DNA from: Malacoraja senta
Taxonomy: Eukaryota
Assembly (NCBI GenBank): GCA_038087875.1
Contig: CM075995.1
Span: 6,388,001 to 6,452,000 of the forward strand
Reading direction: 5' to 3'
DNA: 64,000 nucleotides
The notes below the pieces were generated by a model that had not been told where the DNA came from, ran no database searches, and was given only the letters and a program-made list of their open reading frames with translations. This document shows, piece by piece, positions 49,733 through 61,594 of this stretch. The translations under genes and the position numbers were made by a program. Within the stretch, counting starts at the first letter, position 1. Each line of letters opens with the position of its first letter.

Positions 49733-50550
49733 CTATTGACTGTTCCAAGCAGCATCTGTTAATGCTCAGACGTAACTCCCTTTGTCAAGCAGCTTTACTG
49801 ATGGTTGAATGATGAAGCTGGGAACATTAACTTCTGAAAAGATACCCCTGGATCCCACCAAGTGTGAGAGTCTTTTTTCCCCCTTTCTTTCTTCCTTCAC
49901 GTGCAGCGTGAATGGACAGTGCTCCACAAGTGGGAGGCAGAGTTTACAAATGGTTGAAGGCCCACAAACACGTGAAAGGAACGTTTGTTTCAATTTTGGA
50001 ATTCCTCCTTTACATTTTTTTTTTTTAAGTACGTGGTTTCAAACTTGTAAAGGAACTAACCTGGGACTTCAGATTTGGGACAACACGGTGATGCAGCGGT
50101 AGAGTTTCTGCCACACAGCGCCGGAGACCCTGACTAAGGGTGCTGTCTGTACGGAGTTTGTATGTTCTCCCCGTGACCTGCGTGGGTTTTTTCTCAGATC
50201 TTTGGTTTCGTCCCACACTCCAAAGACGTACAGGATAGTGTTAGTGTGCAAGGATAGCTGGTTGGTGGGGTCTCGATGGGCCGAAGGGCCTGTTTTCAGC
50301 GCAGTATCTCTAACCTAGTTCAATTATACCAAGCCGATTGACCTACAAACCTGAACGTCTTTGGAGTGTGGGAGGAAACCGAAGATCTCAGAGAAAACCC
50401 ACGCAGTGTTTTGATGTAGCCAAATGTAAATGCTGAATTTGTGTAGGATGGAACAGAAGGGTCTTGATTAGATAGAGGGTGTCAGAGATTATGGGGAGCA
50501 GGAGAGATAGATCAGCCATGATTGAATGGCAGAGTACACTTGATGCGCCA

Positions 50551-50787
50551 TATTGTCTATTGAATGGCCTAATTTCCTCCTATCAGCCTATTGTCTTGTC
50601 TATTGAATGGCCTAATTTCCTCCTATCAGCCTATTGTCTATTTGAATGGCCTAATTTCCTCCTATCAGCCTATTGTCTTGTCTATTGAATGGCCTAATTT
50701 CCTCCTATCAGGCCTATTGTCTATTGAATGGCCTAATTTCCTCCTATCAGCCTATTGTCTAGTGAATGGCCTAATTTCCTCCTATCA
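50551..50787 (+). repeat. Minisatellite, 6 x ~38-43 nt, derived from the CR1 3' terminus
   Basis: Core gaatggcctaatttcctcctatca x6 with gcctattgtc(ttgtc)ta linkers, at the end of a CR1 3' UTR. Confidence 0.92.
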
Positions 50788-50795
50788 TTTATGAT

Positions 50796-50915
50796 TAGAG
50801 CAGGATTTTCGCCATGTGCCTTTTCTTGCCTTTTTTGATGATTTCAGAAGATAATGCCTTTTTCACGATTTAGTGCCTAAATCAGCCTTTTTTTCCATTT
50901 TAAACATATACTTAC
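50796..50915 (+). mobile_element. Probable left terminus of the hAT element
   Basis: Starts tagagcaggattttcg, followed by repeated gccttt/gcctaa motifs; no matching right TIR found. Confidence 0.45.
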
Positions 50916-50934
50916 AAGAAATTTAACACCACCG

Positions 50935-51425
50935 GGGCGAAACCCGGCTGTAAGTGGGTGTGAATTGGTGATTGGAGAGGAGTAGTTGGGGAAGGATCTA
51001 GTCTTTTCAAACTGGAGTCAAGCTGTGAGTAGGTGTGAAGTGTTGGTAGGAGGATGGGGTGTGGGGATATCATGGTTAAGTTTCTGTTTATTGAATCTGC
51101 AGTAGAACTCGTTCAGGCCGTTGGTCAGCTGACGATTGTCCAAGGAGCGGGCGGGGGGGGGGGGTCCTTGATGATGCTGCCAGCCTTTTTGAGGCAGCGA
51201 CTGTGGTAGATTCCCTCGATGGAAGGGAGGTCAGAGCCGATGATGGACTGGGCAGTGTTTACTACTTTTTGTAGTCTTTTCCTCTCCAGGGCACTCAAGT
51301 TGCCGAACCAAGCCACGATGCAACCGGTCAGCATGCTCTCTACTGTGCACCTGTAGAAGTTAGAGAGAGTCCTCCTTGACAAACCGACTCTCCGTAATCT
51401 TCTCAGGAAGTAGAGGCGCTTTTGA
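50935..51425 (-). mobile_element. Two joined Rex1/Babar ORF fragments
   Basis: DNRQLTNGLNEFYCRF (mid-ORF, ~51085-51145) and MSRRTLSNFYRCTVESMLTGCIVAWFGN..RCLKKAGSIIKDP (C-terminal). Confidence 0.85.
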
Positions 51426-51427
51426 TT

Positions 51428-52022
51428 CCTCTGATTCCTCTTTTCAGCTTATACCCCTGCAAGTGTCAAAATGCCTAAAGTTTCGTCAACGGCGTGTAAA
51501 AAAACGGAACGATTTGGTGAGAGTGTACGGGAGTGATATATTTCTTGCAAGCCCTTCCACACTGAAGAAGAGTTATTTGCTGAGAACTTGCTCCTCAACT
51601 TCTCGGAGTACCTTTCCTTGGCAGCTCTGATTCCTCTTTTCAGCTTATAATTACTTGGCCTGCCTGTAGAGGTCTGCATCCCCGTTCCTGTAGGATCTAC
51701 CCCTGCAAGCGTCAAAATGCATAAAGTTTAGTCAACGCCGTGTAAAAAAACTGAACGATTTGGTGAGAGTGTACGGGAGTGATATATTTCTTGCAAGCCC
51801 TTCCACACTGAAGAAGAGTTATTTGCTGAGAACTTGCTCCTCAACTTCTCGGAGTACCTTTCCTTGGCAGCTCTGATTCCTCTTTTCAGCTTATACTTAC
51901 TTGGCCTGCCTGTAGAGGTCTGCATCCCCGTTCCTGCAAGCGTCAAAATGCCTAAAGTTTAGTCAACGCCGTGTAAATAAACTGAACCATTTGGTGAGAG
52001 TGTACGGGAGTGATATATTTTC
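51428..52022. repeat. Chimeric tandem repeat: hAT ORF start (+) alternating with Rex1 ORF piece (-)
   Basis: hAT start codon region at 51471, 51717 and 51948 (periods 246 and 231); Rex piece YKLKRGIRAAKERYSEKLRSKFSANNSSSVWKGLQEI present twice. Confidence 0.92.
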
Positions 52023-52851
52023 TACAGACAACTGTGTGCTGTTTTGCAAAGCATGTGAGAAAGCAGTGAATCATGAGAAGAAATATTTCGTCTCCCAGCA
52101 TGTACAAGTTGGCGGCAGAGAAACTGAAGGTAGGAAATACGCAAGCTTGTCTCCTCACAACATTTACTGCTGGCTCCAGTCGCAAATCTGAGTTTTCGAG
52201 TGATCTGGGCAAAGCATTCATTGATGCTAGAATTCCACTGTGGAAATTGGAAAACAAATCTCACAGAGGTTTTTTTAGAGAAACATATACCGAGCGAGTC
52301 ATCATTATGGAAAAATTATGTTGACAGAAACTTCAACATTGTTGTGCAGAAAATTAGAGATGAAGTTGCAAGCAACAAAATATGGATCTCATTAGATGAG
52401 ACAACCGATGCTGTGGGGAGATATGTTGCCAATGTGGTCATTGGTACACTGGAGACTGGTCAACCATCAAAGGAGTATTTCTTGACATCGGAAGTATTGG
52501 AGAAGTCAAAGAGCACAACTATTGCTCAGTTGTTTACATCTTCACTTGCTGTACTTTGTACTTAAAGTCCCTGGCGATGTACGTAAAGACATACAAGGAA
52601 AATGTGAGAGAGTGATTTTAGCTAACAATGATCTTGAAGAAATACAAAACATAGCTAAAGTTCTCAAAGGTAGATGTAATGCACAAGATATCAACATGAA
52701 TGTAGAGTTTGTACCTTGTTTTGGGTATGCACCAGTGACCTCAGCTGGGGTAGAAAGAAGTTTTTCACAACTGAAGCATATTCTGTCTGGCAGACGGCAT
52801 AGTTTAACACCAGATAATTTGATAAAAATGCTAGTAGTTATGTGCAACTAG
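51948..52851 (+). pseudogene. Decayed, internally deleted hAT transposase (CGGBP1-like group)
   Basis: BED-like finger FCKACEKAVNHEKKYFVSQH; IPLWKLEN; KIWISLDETTDAVGRYVANVVIG (first catalytic D); C-terminal YAPVTSAGVERSFSQLKHILSGRRHSL; stops and frameshifts; central region missing near 52560. Confidence 0.9.
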
Positions 52852-54129
52852 ACAACTTTGGTAATTTAATGTAGTATACTTTTATATTATCATTTTTAAC
52901 CATATTTTGGTGGTGGAAATAATTGCTGTTTTATGCCGTTTTGTTCCATTCCAAAGAGGCTGCCCGGGTGTGATGGAAGCTAAAATATATGGTAATTATC
53001 TTATTTGGTTCAATGTCCCCACCTGGTTACAGAAAATTGAATTTTGGTACAAAAATTTATTCCTTGAAGTGCTTGAGGCTGAGGGGTGATCTCATAGAGA
53101 TGTATAAAAACACGAGGGGAATAATTAAGTTAAATGCACAGTCTTTCACCTATGGCAGGGGTGAACTGTAACTCCAGGTTCAGGAACAGCTTCTTAGTTT
53201 AGTTTAGAGATACAGCATGAGTCCGCACCGACCCGTGATCACATGCACGAACACTATCCTGCACACACTGGGGACAATTTACAATTTTACCTAAGCCAAA
53301 TAACCTACAAACCTGTAGGTCTTTGGAGTGTGGGAGGAAACCGTAGGTCCCGGAGAAAATCCACGCGATCAAGTATGGTGAATCTGTGGAATTCTTTGCC
53401 ACAAGAGGCTATGGAGGCCGTCAATGGATATTTTTAAGGCAGAGATTGATAGTTTCTTGACTAGTACGGGTGTCAGGTTGTAATGGGGAGAAGGCAGGAG
53501 AATGGGATTGAGAGGGACAGATTGAATGACGGAGTGGACTTGATGTGCCAAATGGCCTAAATCTGCTCCTATCACTAATGAACTTATGAACATGGTTAGG
53601 TGACGTTTTGATGAGTTTGTATTGGGGGCTGGTGACGCTTCTTGTGATGAGATGAGAGGTGGCGTGTATTCTGAAATATTCTCCTCCTCCCCACAAAGCC
53701 TCTTGCCCCAGGGTATGGAGACTGAAGCACATTGTTTTTGCTGACATGAAATGCTGGGGTTTGATGTACAAACACAATGGACCCAGATTGCCCGAGGAAA
53801 GGTCTCGACCCGAAACGTCACCCATTCATTTCTTCCAGAGTTGCTGCCCCTCTCGCTGAGTTACTCCAGCATTTTGTGTCTATCCTGCCCAAAGCAGGGT
53901 CCGTGCGACCGCAAATTGGTCGAACGTCTTTGCGATTTCGTCGGGAGACAGAGCACCCGGAGGAAACCCACGCAGTCACAGGGAGGACGTGCAGACAGCA
54001 CCCGAGGTCAGGATCGAACCCGGGTCTCGAGCGCTGTAAGGCAGCAACTCTACCACTGAGCCACTGACCCAAAACCCAAAGCATCCACTCCCCCATCCCA
54101 ACTAATGTTGACATTTGTATTTTTTCCCC

Positions 54130-54585
54130 TCAAGAGTCAAGAGTGTTTTATGTTCCGAAATGGAACGATGATATTCTTAGTTGCAGCAGCACGACAGTTA
54201 TGTAAACATGGTACTCTGTAAGACCTATAATAAACAACAAAAAAAGTTTTGTGTATCTAAAACCCCCACAAATTAATAGACAATAATAGAGCAAAAATAA
54301 TGTCCCCGTCTGTAAAGCTCAGGGCTTATTTGGAGGTGGTAGTGTTTAATAGCCTGATGGCTGTAGGGAAGAAGCTGTTCCTGAACCTGGACGTTACAGT
54401 TTTCAGGCTCCTGTACCGTCTTGTCGATGGCAGGAATGAAATGAGAGTGGGGCCAGGGTGGTGTGGGTCTCTGATGTAGCTGGCTGACTTTGTGAGGCAG
54501 CGGCTCCTGTAGATCCTTTCGATGGTGGGGAGGTCAGCACCTGTGATCGACAGGGCACTGTTCACCACTTTTTGCAGTCGTCTTC
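54130..54585 (-). mobile_element. Rex1/Babar LINE 3' end (third subfamily)
   Basis: ITGADLPTIERIYRSRCLTKSASYIRDPHHPG..RRYRSLKTVTSRFRNSFFPTAIRLLN; ctcttga tail. Confidence 0.9.
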
Positions 54586-54595
54586 ATTGATGATG

Positions 54596-54890
54596 TTTAG
54601 TGTAGTTTAGTTTAGAAATACAGCGCGGAAACGGGCCCTTCGGCCCACCGACTCTGCACCGACCAGCGACCCCCGCACACTAACACTATCCTACACACAC
54701 AAGGGACAATTTACATTTATGCCAAGCCAATTAATCTGCAAACCTGTACGCCTTTTGAATGTGGGAGGAAACCGGAAATCTCGTAGAAAACCCACGCAGG
54801 TCACGGGGAGCGCGTACAAACTCCATACAGCCGGCACCCGTAGTTGGGATCGAACCCGGGTCTCTGGCGCTGCAAGACAACAACTCTACC
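54596..54890 (-). mobile_element. V-SINE
   Basis: Consensus match. Confidence 0.9.
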
Positions 54891-55140
54891 CTGACTGGCT
54901 GCCCTTTTGACGCATTCACCGGATTCATCCGGGGGAGAACTGCTTTCGATTTCTCTCCCCACCCTTTTGTAAACCCAGAGCCTGGAGAAGCTGTGTTGCG
55001 TCCTGAGGCATTAATGATTAAAATGTGTGTCCTGCACATCAGCTGGAGCACTTAAATGCCACGCTCCTGTGAAGTTATCTTGGAGCCTATTTGCAATTAG
55101 ATGCGGCAGATGGATTGTGGGCAGATTAATATCAGGTCAT

Positions 55141-55622
55141 GTGTGGGAAGGAACTGCAGACAGACACAAAATGCTGGAGTAACTCAGCAGGACAGACAGA
55201 CAGGGACTGGAGAGACGGAATGGGTGACGTTCCAGGTCGAGGCCCTTCTTCAGACAGAGTCAAGGGAGAGGGAAATGAGAGATATAGACGGCGATATACA
55301 ATATTTAAAGTCGTCTTTCAAGTAACCCTGGCATCCCCCCCTCCGTCTCTCCCCCACCCTAGTCGTTACTAATTTCAAAGTCTTGTTGAGTCTCATTGTC
55401 TGTAACCCGTTATCACCTAGCCCACAGCTAACAATGGCCTGTTTCCTTTATCATCGCTTCTTTTTTGCACATCTTTCATTCATTTGTTCCATATATCTCC
55501 ACATCTATATCTCTTGTTTCCCTCTGACTCTCAGTCTGAAGAAGGGTCTCGGCCCGAAATGTCACCTATTCCTTTTCTCCAGAGATGCTGTCTGACCCAC
55601 TGAGTTACTCCAGCTTTTTGTG
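55141..55622. mobile_element. Penelope-like inverted pair (minus arm ~55141-55300, plus arm ~55316-55622)
   Basis: Plus arm starts at the ORF stop ttcaagtaa; hammerhead at 55536-55563 CTGAAGAAGGGTCTCGGCCCGAAATGTC. Confidence 0.88.
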
Positions 55623-56212
55623 GAATTGGAAAAGATGTTTTCACTGGTGGGAGACTCGGACCAGAGGTCATAGCCTCAGAATTAAAGGGCCCTCTTAGAA
55701 AGGAGGTGAGGAGGGACTTCTTTAGTCAGAGGGTAGTTAATCAGTGGAACTCATTGCCACAGAGGACAGTGGAGACCAAGTCAGTAGATACTTTTTGAAT
55801 GGGTGTCAAGGGCTTTGGGGAGAAGGCTGGAAAATGGGATTAGGAGGCAGAGTTCAGCCATGATTGAATGGCGGAGTAGACTCAATGAGCCGAATGACCT
55901 AATTCTACTCCTTTAACTTGCGAACTTGTGAAATATCGGGCCATCGCTGGTTCCCTGGTTGTGCTAATGAAAACTCTCCGTCTCCTTGGCCTGGCTGTGG
56001 TGCTTTATTCAGTTTTGAGCACTCTTCTGTTCTAACACGCACCGGATGATGCTTTGTTCCTGCCTGCTGCCTGTGTTGGTCCATCAGTTGCTCTAAATTG
56101 ATTGCAGAGCCACTCAGTTGTAGCCTCCTTCAAAGAGATCATCGTTACCAGATACTGTGCGTGCTCTTCCTGCTGTTTGCTTCACTAAAATGGAAGTGGA
56201 AACTCGTGTGTG

Positions 56213-56528
56213 TGTTCCTGATGTTGGGGAGTCCAGAGCCAGGGGCCACAGTTTAAGAATAAGGAGTAAGCCATTTAGAACGGAGACGAGGAAACACTTT
56301 TTCTCACAGAGAGTGGTGAGTCTGTGGAATTCTCTGCCTCAGAGGGGGGTGGAGGCAGGTTCTCTGGATGCTTTCAAGAGAGAGCAAGATAGGGCTCTTA
56401 AAGATAGCGGAGATGGGGAGAAGGCAGGAACGGGGTACTGATTGGGGATGATCAGCCATGATCACATTGAATGGCGGTGCTGGCCCGAAGGGCCGAATGG
56501 CCTACTCCTGCACCTATTGTCTATTGTG
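56213..56528 (+). mobile_element. CR1 LINE 3' end
   Basis: GESRARGHSLRIRSKPFRTETRKHFFSQRVVSLWNSLPQ; tail cctattgtctattg. Confidence 0.88.
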
Positions 56529-59500
56529 TGTCTCTGTCTGTGTGTGCGTCTGCTTCCGTGAGAGTGTGTGAGTGTGTGTGCATGTGTTCGAGATACTGAT
56601 CCTTCAGCCCATCGACTCCACACTGACTATCGATCAGCCATTCTACGTCATCCCACATTCTCATCCACTATCCTACACACTCGGGGCAATTTACAGAGGG
56701 CCAATTAACCAACAAATCAGCACGTCTTTGGTATGTGGGAGGAAACTGGAGTACCCGGTGGAAACCCGCACTGTTACAGGGGGAACTCCACATAGACAGC
56801 ACCTGAGATCAGAATTGAACCCGGCTCTCAAGCGCTGTGAGGCAGCAGCTCCGCCAACTGCACCATTGGGCCGCAAAAATTTCGGATAAAGACACAAATT
56901 TGCTGGAGTAACTCAGCGGGTCAGGCAGCATCTCTAGAGAATGTGGAGAGGCGATGTTACGGGTTGGGACCCTTCAGGTGGTGCAGATAGGAGGCCCTTC
57001 GGCCCTTTGTGTTTGTGCTGGGGGGGAGAGAGAGAGAGAGCAAGAGTTAACCAACCAGAGATAGATAGATTCTTGATTAGTACGGGTGTCGGGGGCTACG
57101 GGGAGAAGGCAGGAGAATGGTGCCGAGGAAAAGATAGATCAGCACGCAACAAAAGCTTTTCACTGTACCTCGGTACACGTGACAATAAACTAAACTAAAC
57201 CCAAACTCGAGTCTAAAGTCATTGAGTCCCATACTCCTGCAGTTGTGCACTTTCAATCAGTTCAGAAAGACACAGAGTGCTGGAGTAACTCAGCGGGACA
57301 GGCAGCATCTCTGGATAGAAGGAATGGGTGACGTTTCAGGTCAGGCCGAAGAAGGGTCTCGACCTGATACGTCACCCATTCCTTCGCTCCAGAGATGCTG
57401 TCCTACTGAGTTACTCCAGCATTTTGTGTCCATCTTTGGTGTAAACCAGCACCTGCAGTTCACTCCTACACATTCAACCGGTTCAGTGTCATCAAAGCTA
57501 ATCGGTGTATTGTCTCGAAAGAAGCTTTTCTTGTTATTTGTTTTAAGGTAACTCTATTCTCCCCCCCCCTCCATTTTGTTTGTTATCTCTCTGCCTTTTG
57601 TCTCTGGAAAACCTCCATCAATCTGTCAGGCTAGTACAGAATGTTAGTTTACTTGGGCCATTAACCTTTGGGCCGTTGATGGGGCAGTTCCTGTCTCCTT
57701 AGACTTATTGTTTTTGTGTTTTAGTTCACTCTTGACACTAAAAATATTATTGTTGGAGAACAAAGAGCTACTGCTTTGTGTTGGGGTCACTTCTTTAGCA
57801 CATGGTCATTCATAGAGCCGTACAGCGTGGAAACAGTCCCTTCGGCCCAACTTGCCCATAACGACCAACATGCCCCATCTACACTAGTCACATCTGCCTG
57901 CTTTTGGCCCATATCCCTCTAAACCTGTATATAGCTGTGTAATGCTTCCATCTACAGTTTATACTGCTGGAGTCTAGCGGAGAAAGCCAAATGTTCTTCA
58001 TGGTCAGATCGAGAACATAAGGTCCCATCCCGTCAACAGGTGGTTCGAGGCCCCCGACCAAGGAAGAACAAAAAGGGAAGGACTTGACATTTTATTTTCG
58101 CCTTCCACCACAGTGAGGAATGTGGAGCAGTCACTGTGATGGATGTTTATGTTAAAATGTGTTTTTTGAGTCTGTTGCTTTTTTAAATTGTATAACAGAC
58201 CTGGCCAGTGAAATTTTACTATACCAAGGGTGTATGTGACAATAAATGAACCGTATGAACCTTATAAGGTCATAGGTAATAGGAGCAGAATTAGGCCATT
58301 TGGCCCATCAAGTCTACTTCGCCATTCAATCATGGCTGATCTATCTCTCCCGCCCAATCTCTCCTGCCTTCTCCGCATAACCTCTGACACCTGTACTAAT
58401 TAAGAATCTATCTAAAAATAACCATTGACTTGGCCTCCACAACCTTCTGTAGCAAAGAATTCCACAGATTCATCACCCTCTGAATAAAGAAATTTCTTCT
58501 CATTTCCTTCCTAAAGGAACGTCCTTTAGTTCTGAGGCTATGACCTCTAAGACCCTCCCACAAGTGGAAAAATCCTCTCTATCCAAGCCTTTCACTATTT
58601 GAAGAGCCTTGTACTTATAATAACTGGGACTTGAACATGGTGCCAAACTGGCGACTCTGTACACTGCCTCAGTGTATTGCTGCTGTACACTTGTACTGTA
58701 TCTGAGATGCTTATCTAAGATGTATCTAAGTGCTTCTGTATAGTGATACTTGTATGGAACTGTGTACAAAAATGAATTTCACTGTACCTCGGTACATGTG
58801 ATAAATAAAGTCTCATACCAAAGTACCATACTATACCAATAGAGTTGTGATGGTGTAATATCCATGCAAGGTGTCATCAGTACAGTGACAAGTCCATTTC
58901 AACGATATATTGTTTATAATTGTGAAATTAATACTATATGAATACCCACCTACCTTGCAAAGCTGCAAATTTCCTGCTTTGGACTACAGAGTTGCAGTCA
59001 TAGTGCCATTCATCACAGACATAGGCCTTTCGGCCCAACTTGCCCAAGTCGAACAAAATGTCCCATCTGCGCTAGTCTCACCTGCCTGCTTTTGTCCCAG
59101 ATCCCTCTAAACTTGTCCTATTCATGTACTTGTCCAAACTGCATTTAAATGTTGTCTTAGTACCTGCCACAACCACCTCCTCCGGCAGCTCGTCCAATAT
59201 ACCCGGCACACTCTGTGTGAAAAATGTGCTGCTCGGGTTCCTATTAAATTTCTCACCTGTGCTCTGGTTCTTGATTCCCCTACCCTGGGTAAAAGACTCT
59301 GTGCATTCACCCTGTCTATCCTCATGATCTTATAAACTTCTATAAGATGAATATAGGTGTCAAATGTTTACAGGGAGAAGGCAGGAGAATGGGGTTGAGA
59401 GGGAAAGGTACATCAGCCATGATTGAATGGCGGAGTAAACTTGGTGGGCAGAATGGCCTAATTCTGCTCCTACGATTTATGAAATTATGAGCATTGGTAT

Positions 59501-59611
59501 AGGATCATTGCAAACGGGTGCTTGTTGGTCAGCGTGGATTCATTGCACAAAGGGACTTATTTCCATGCTGTCCATCTCTGTCATCAACTGTACCTATATG
59601 AATGTTTTTAG

Positions 59612-60117
59612 TGTGTGTAGGAAGGATGCTGATTTAAACCAAAGATAAACACAAAATGCTGGAGTAACAGGCCATCTCTGGAGAGAAGGAACGGGAATCG
59701 TTACAGGTCAAGACCCTTCTTCAGATTAATCAGGGAAAATGGAAACGAGAGATATAGACGGTGATGTGGAGAGATATTGAACAAATGAATGAAAGATATG
59801 CAAAAAAAAGTGACAAACGATAAAGGAAACAGGCCATTGTAAGCTGTTTGCTAGGTGAGAACGAGAAGCCGGTTCGACGGGTGGGGGAGGGATGAAGAGA
59901 GGGAATGCAGGGATTACTTGAAGTTTGAGAAATCAAAAATGAATACCACTGGGGTGTAAGCTGCCCAAGTGAAATATGAGGTGCTGTTCCTCCAATTTGC
60001 GATTAGTCTCACTCTGACAATGGAGGGGGCTTAGGACAGAAAGGTCTGTGTGGGAATGGGTGGAGGAATTAAAGTGTTTGCCAACCGGGAGATCAGGTAG
60101 GTCCAGGCGGACTGAGC
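59612..60117 (-). mobile_element. Penelope-like element 3' part with GIY-YIG C-terminus
   Basis: My minus-strand translation: SVRLDLPDLPVGKHFNSSTHSHTDLSVLSPLHCQSETNRKLEEQHLIFHLGSLHPSG. Confidence 0.9.
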
Positions 60118-60251
60118 CCCAAGGAATAAAGTCCTATCATTAGCAAAAGTGCATGCTGATGTTTTTTTTTAAAGTCTGCGTGCAATTTTTGTTTGAAGGG
60201 AAAATGTACAATTAATGTGTGTTGAAAGAGTAGGTTTGTCCATAGCATTAT

Positions 60252-60870
60252 TTTAATTTGGAGATGCAACGTGGAAACAGGCCCTTCGGCCCACCAAGTC
60301 CGCGCCGACCAGCGACCCCCGCACACTAACACTACCCTACACACGCGGGTCAATATTTTAAATTTATACCAAGGCAGGGCGGCACGGTGGCGCGGCGGTA
60401 GAGTTGCTGCCTTACGGCACTCGCAGCGTCAGAGACCCGGGTTCGATCCAGACTGTGGGTGCAGTCTGTACGGAATTTGTACGTTCTTCCTGTGACAGTG
60501 TGGGTTTTCTCTGAGATCTTCGGTTTCCTCCCACACTCCAAAGACTACAAGTTTCTAGGTTAATTGGTTTGGTGTAATTGTAAATTGTCCCTAGTGTGTG
60601 TAGGATAGTGTTAATGTGCGGGGATCGCTGGTCGGTGCGGACTCGGTGGGACGAAGGGCCTGTTTCCACGCTGTATCTCTCAACTAAACTAAATTAACCT
60701 ACAAACCTGTATGTCTTTGAAATGTGGGAGGAAACCCAAGATTTCGGAGAAAACCCGCGCAGTCACGTGGAGAACGTACAAACTCCGTACAGTCAGCACC
60801 CGTGGTCAGGTTTAAACCAGGATCTGGCAGTGCAAGGCAGCAACTCCACCACTTTGCCACCGTGCTGGCC
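60252..60870. mobile_element. Full-length plus V-SINE (~60376-60692) nested in a minus V-SINE
   Basis: Host breaks at ataccaagg and resumes at aattaacctacaaacc. Confidence 0.88.
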
Positions 60871-61594
60871 TTTGCTTGCAATTTTTGTTTGAAGGCCAAA
60901 CATGTGCTTAGTAAGTTGGGAAAGAGTAGGTTTTCCCTTAGCATTATCTGTGTGTGCGTGCTTTGTGATTGAATGGGTAGTTGCAGAGCTGTGAGTAATG
61001 TGTAAATTGGCCCCAGCCTGTTTGATCAGCAATCTGTTTCTGCATTTACCTGGGTGGAGGTGTTTAATCTATGTTTAGTTTTAGTTTAAGCTCCTAACTC
61101 CATTCTCCTCCTCATAACCTCTAACACCCTTTTTAATCAATCAACATCTTAAAAATACCCAATCACGGCCTCCACAGCTGTCTATGGTAATGAATTCCAT
61201 AAATTCACCACCCTCTGACTAAAGAAATTTCTCCTCATCTCCTTTCTAAAGGCACGTCCATATATTCTGAGGCTACGGCTCTATACTAGACTCTCGCACT
61301 AGTGGAAACAACCTCTCCACATCCAATCTATCCAAGCCTATCTAAGTTTCAATGAGGTCCTCCCCCTCATCACTCTAAACTCTAGCGAGTGCAGGCGTGG
61401 TGCCGTCAAGCGCTCATCATATGTTAACCAAATCATTCCTAGGAACATGTTCATAAGTTGTAGGAGCAGAATTAGGCCTTTTGGCCCATCAAATCTACTC
61501 TGCCATTCAATAATGGATAATCTGTCTTTACCCTCTCAACCCCATTCTCGTGCCTTCTCCCCATAATCCCCGACGTAATCCTGTACTAATCGTT

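Noticed and set aside
49147..49762. LS/ER-repeat proteins (also the CV-rich ORFs at 44955-45300 and poly-Gly at 12091-12291)
   Set aside because: Translations of microsatellite or homopolymer DNA.
50551..50787. CRISPR-like array
   Set aside because: Linkers are near-identical and short, the repeat derives from CR1, there are no cas genes, and the context is vertebrate.
51948..52851. Functional domesticated CGGBP1/ZBED gene
   Set aside because: Stop at codon 5, several frameshifts and a central deletion.
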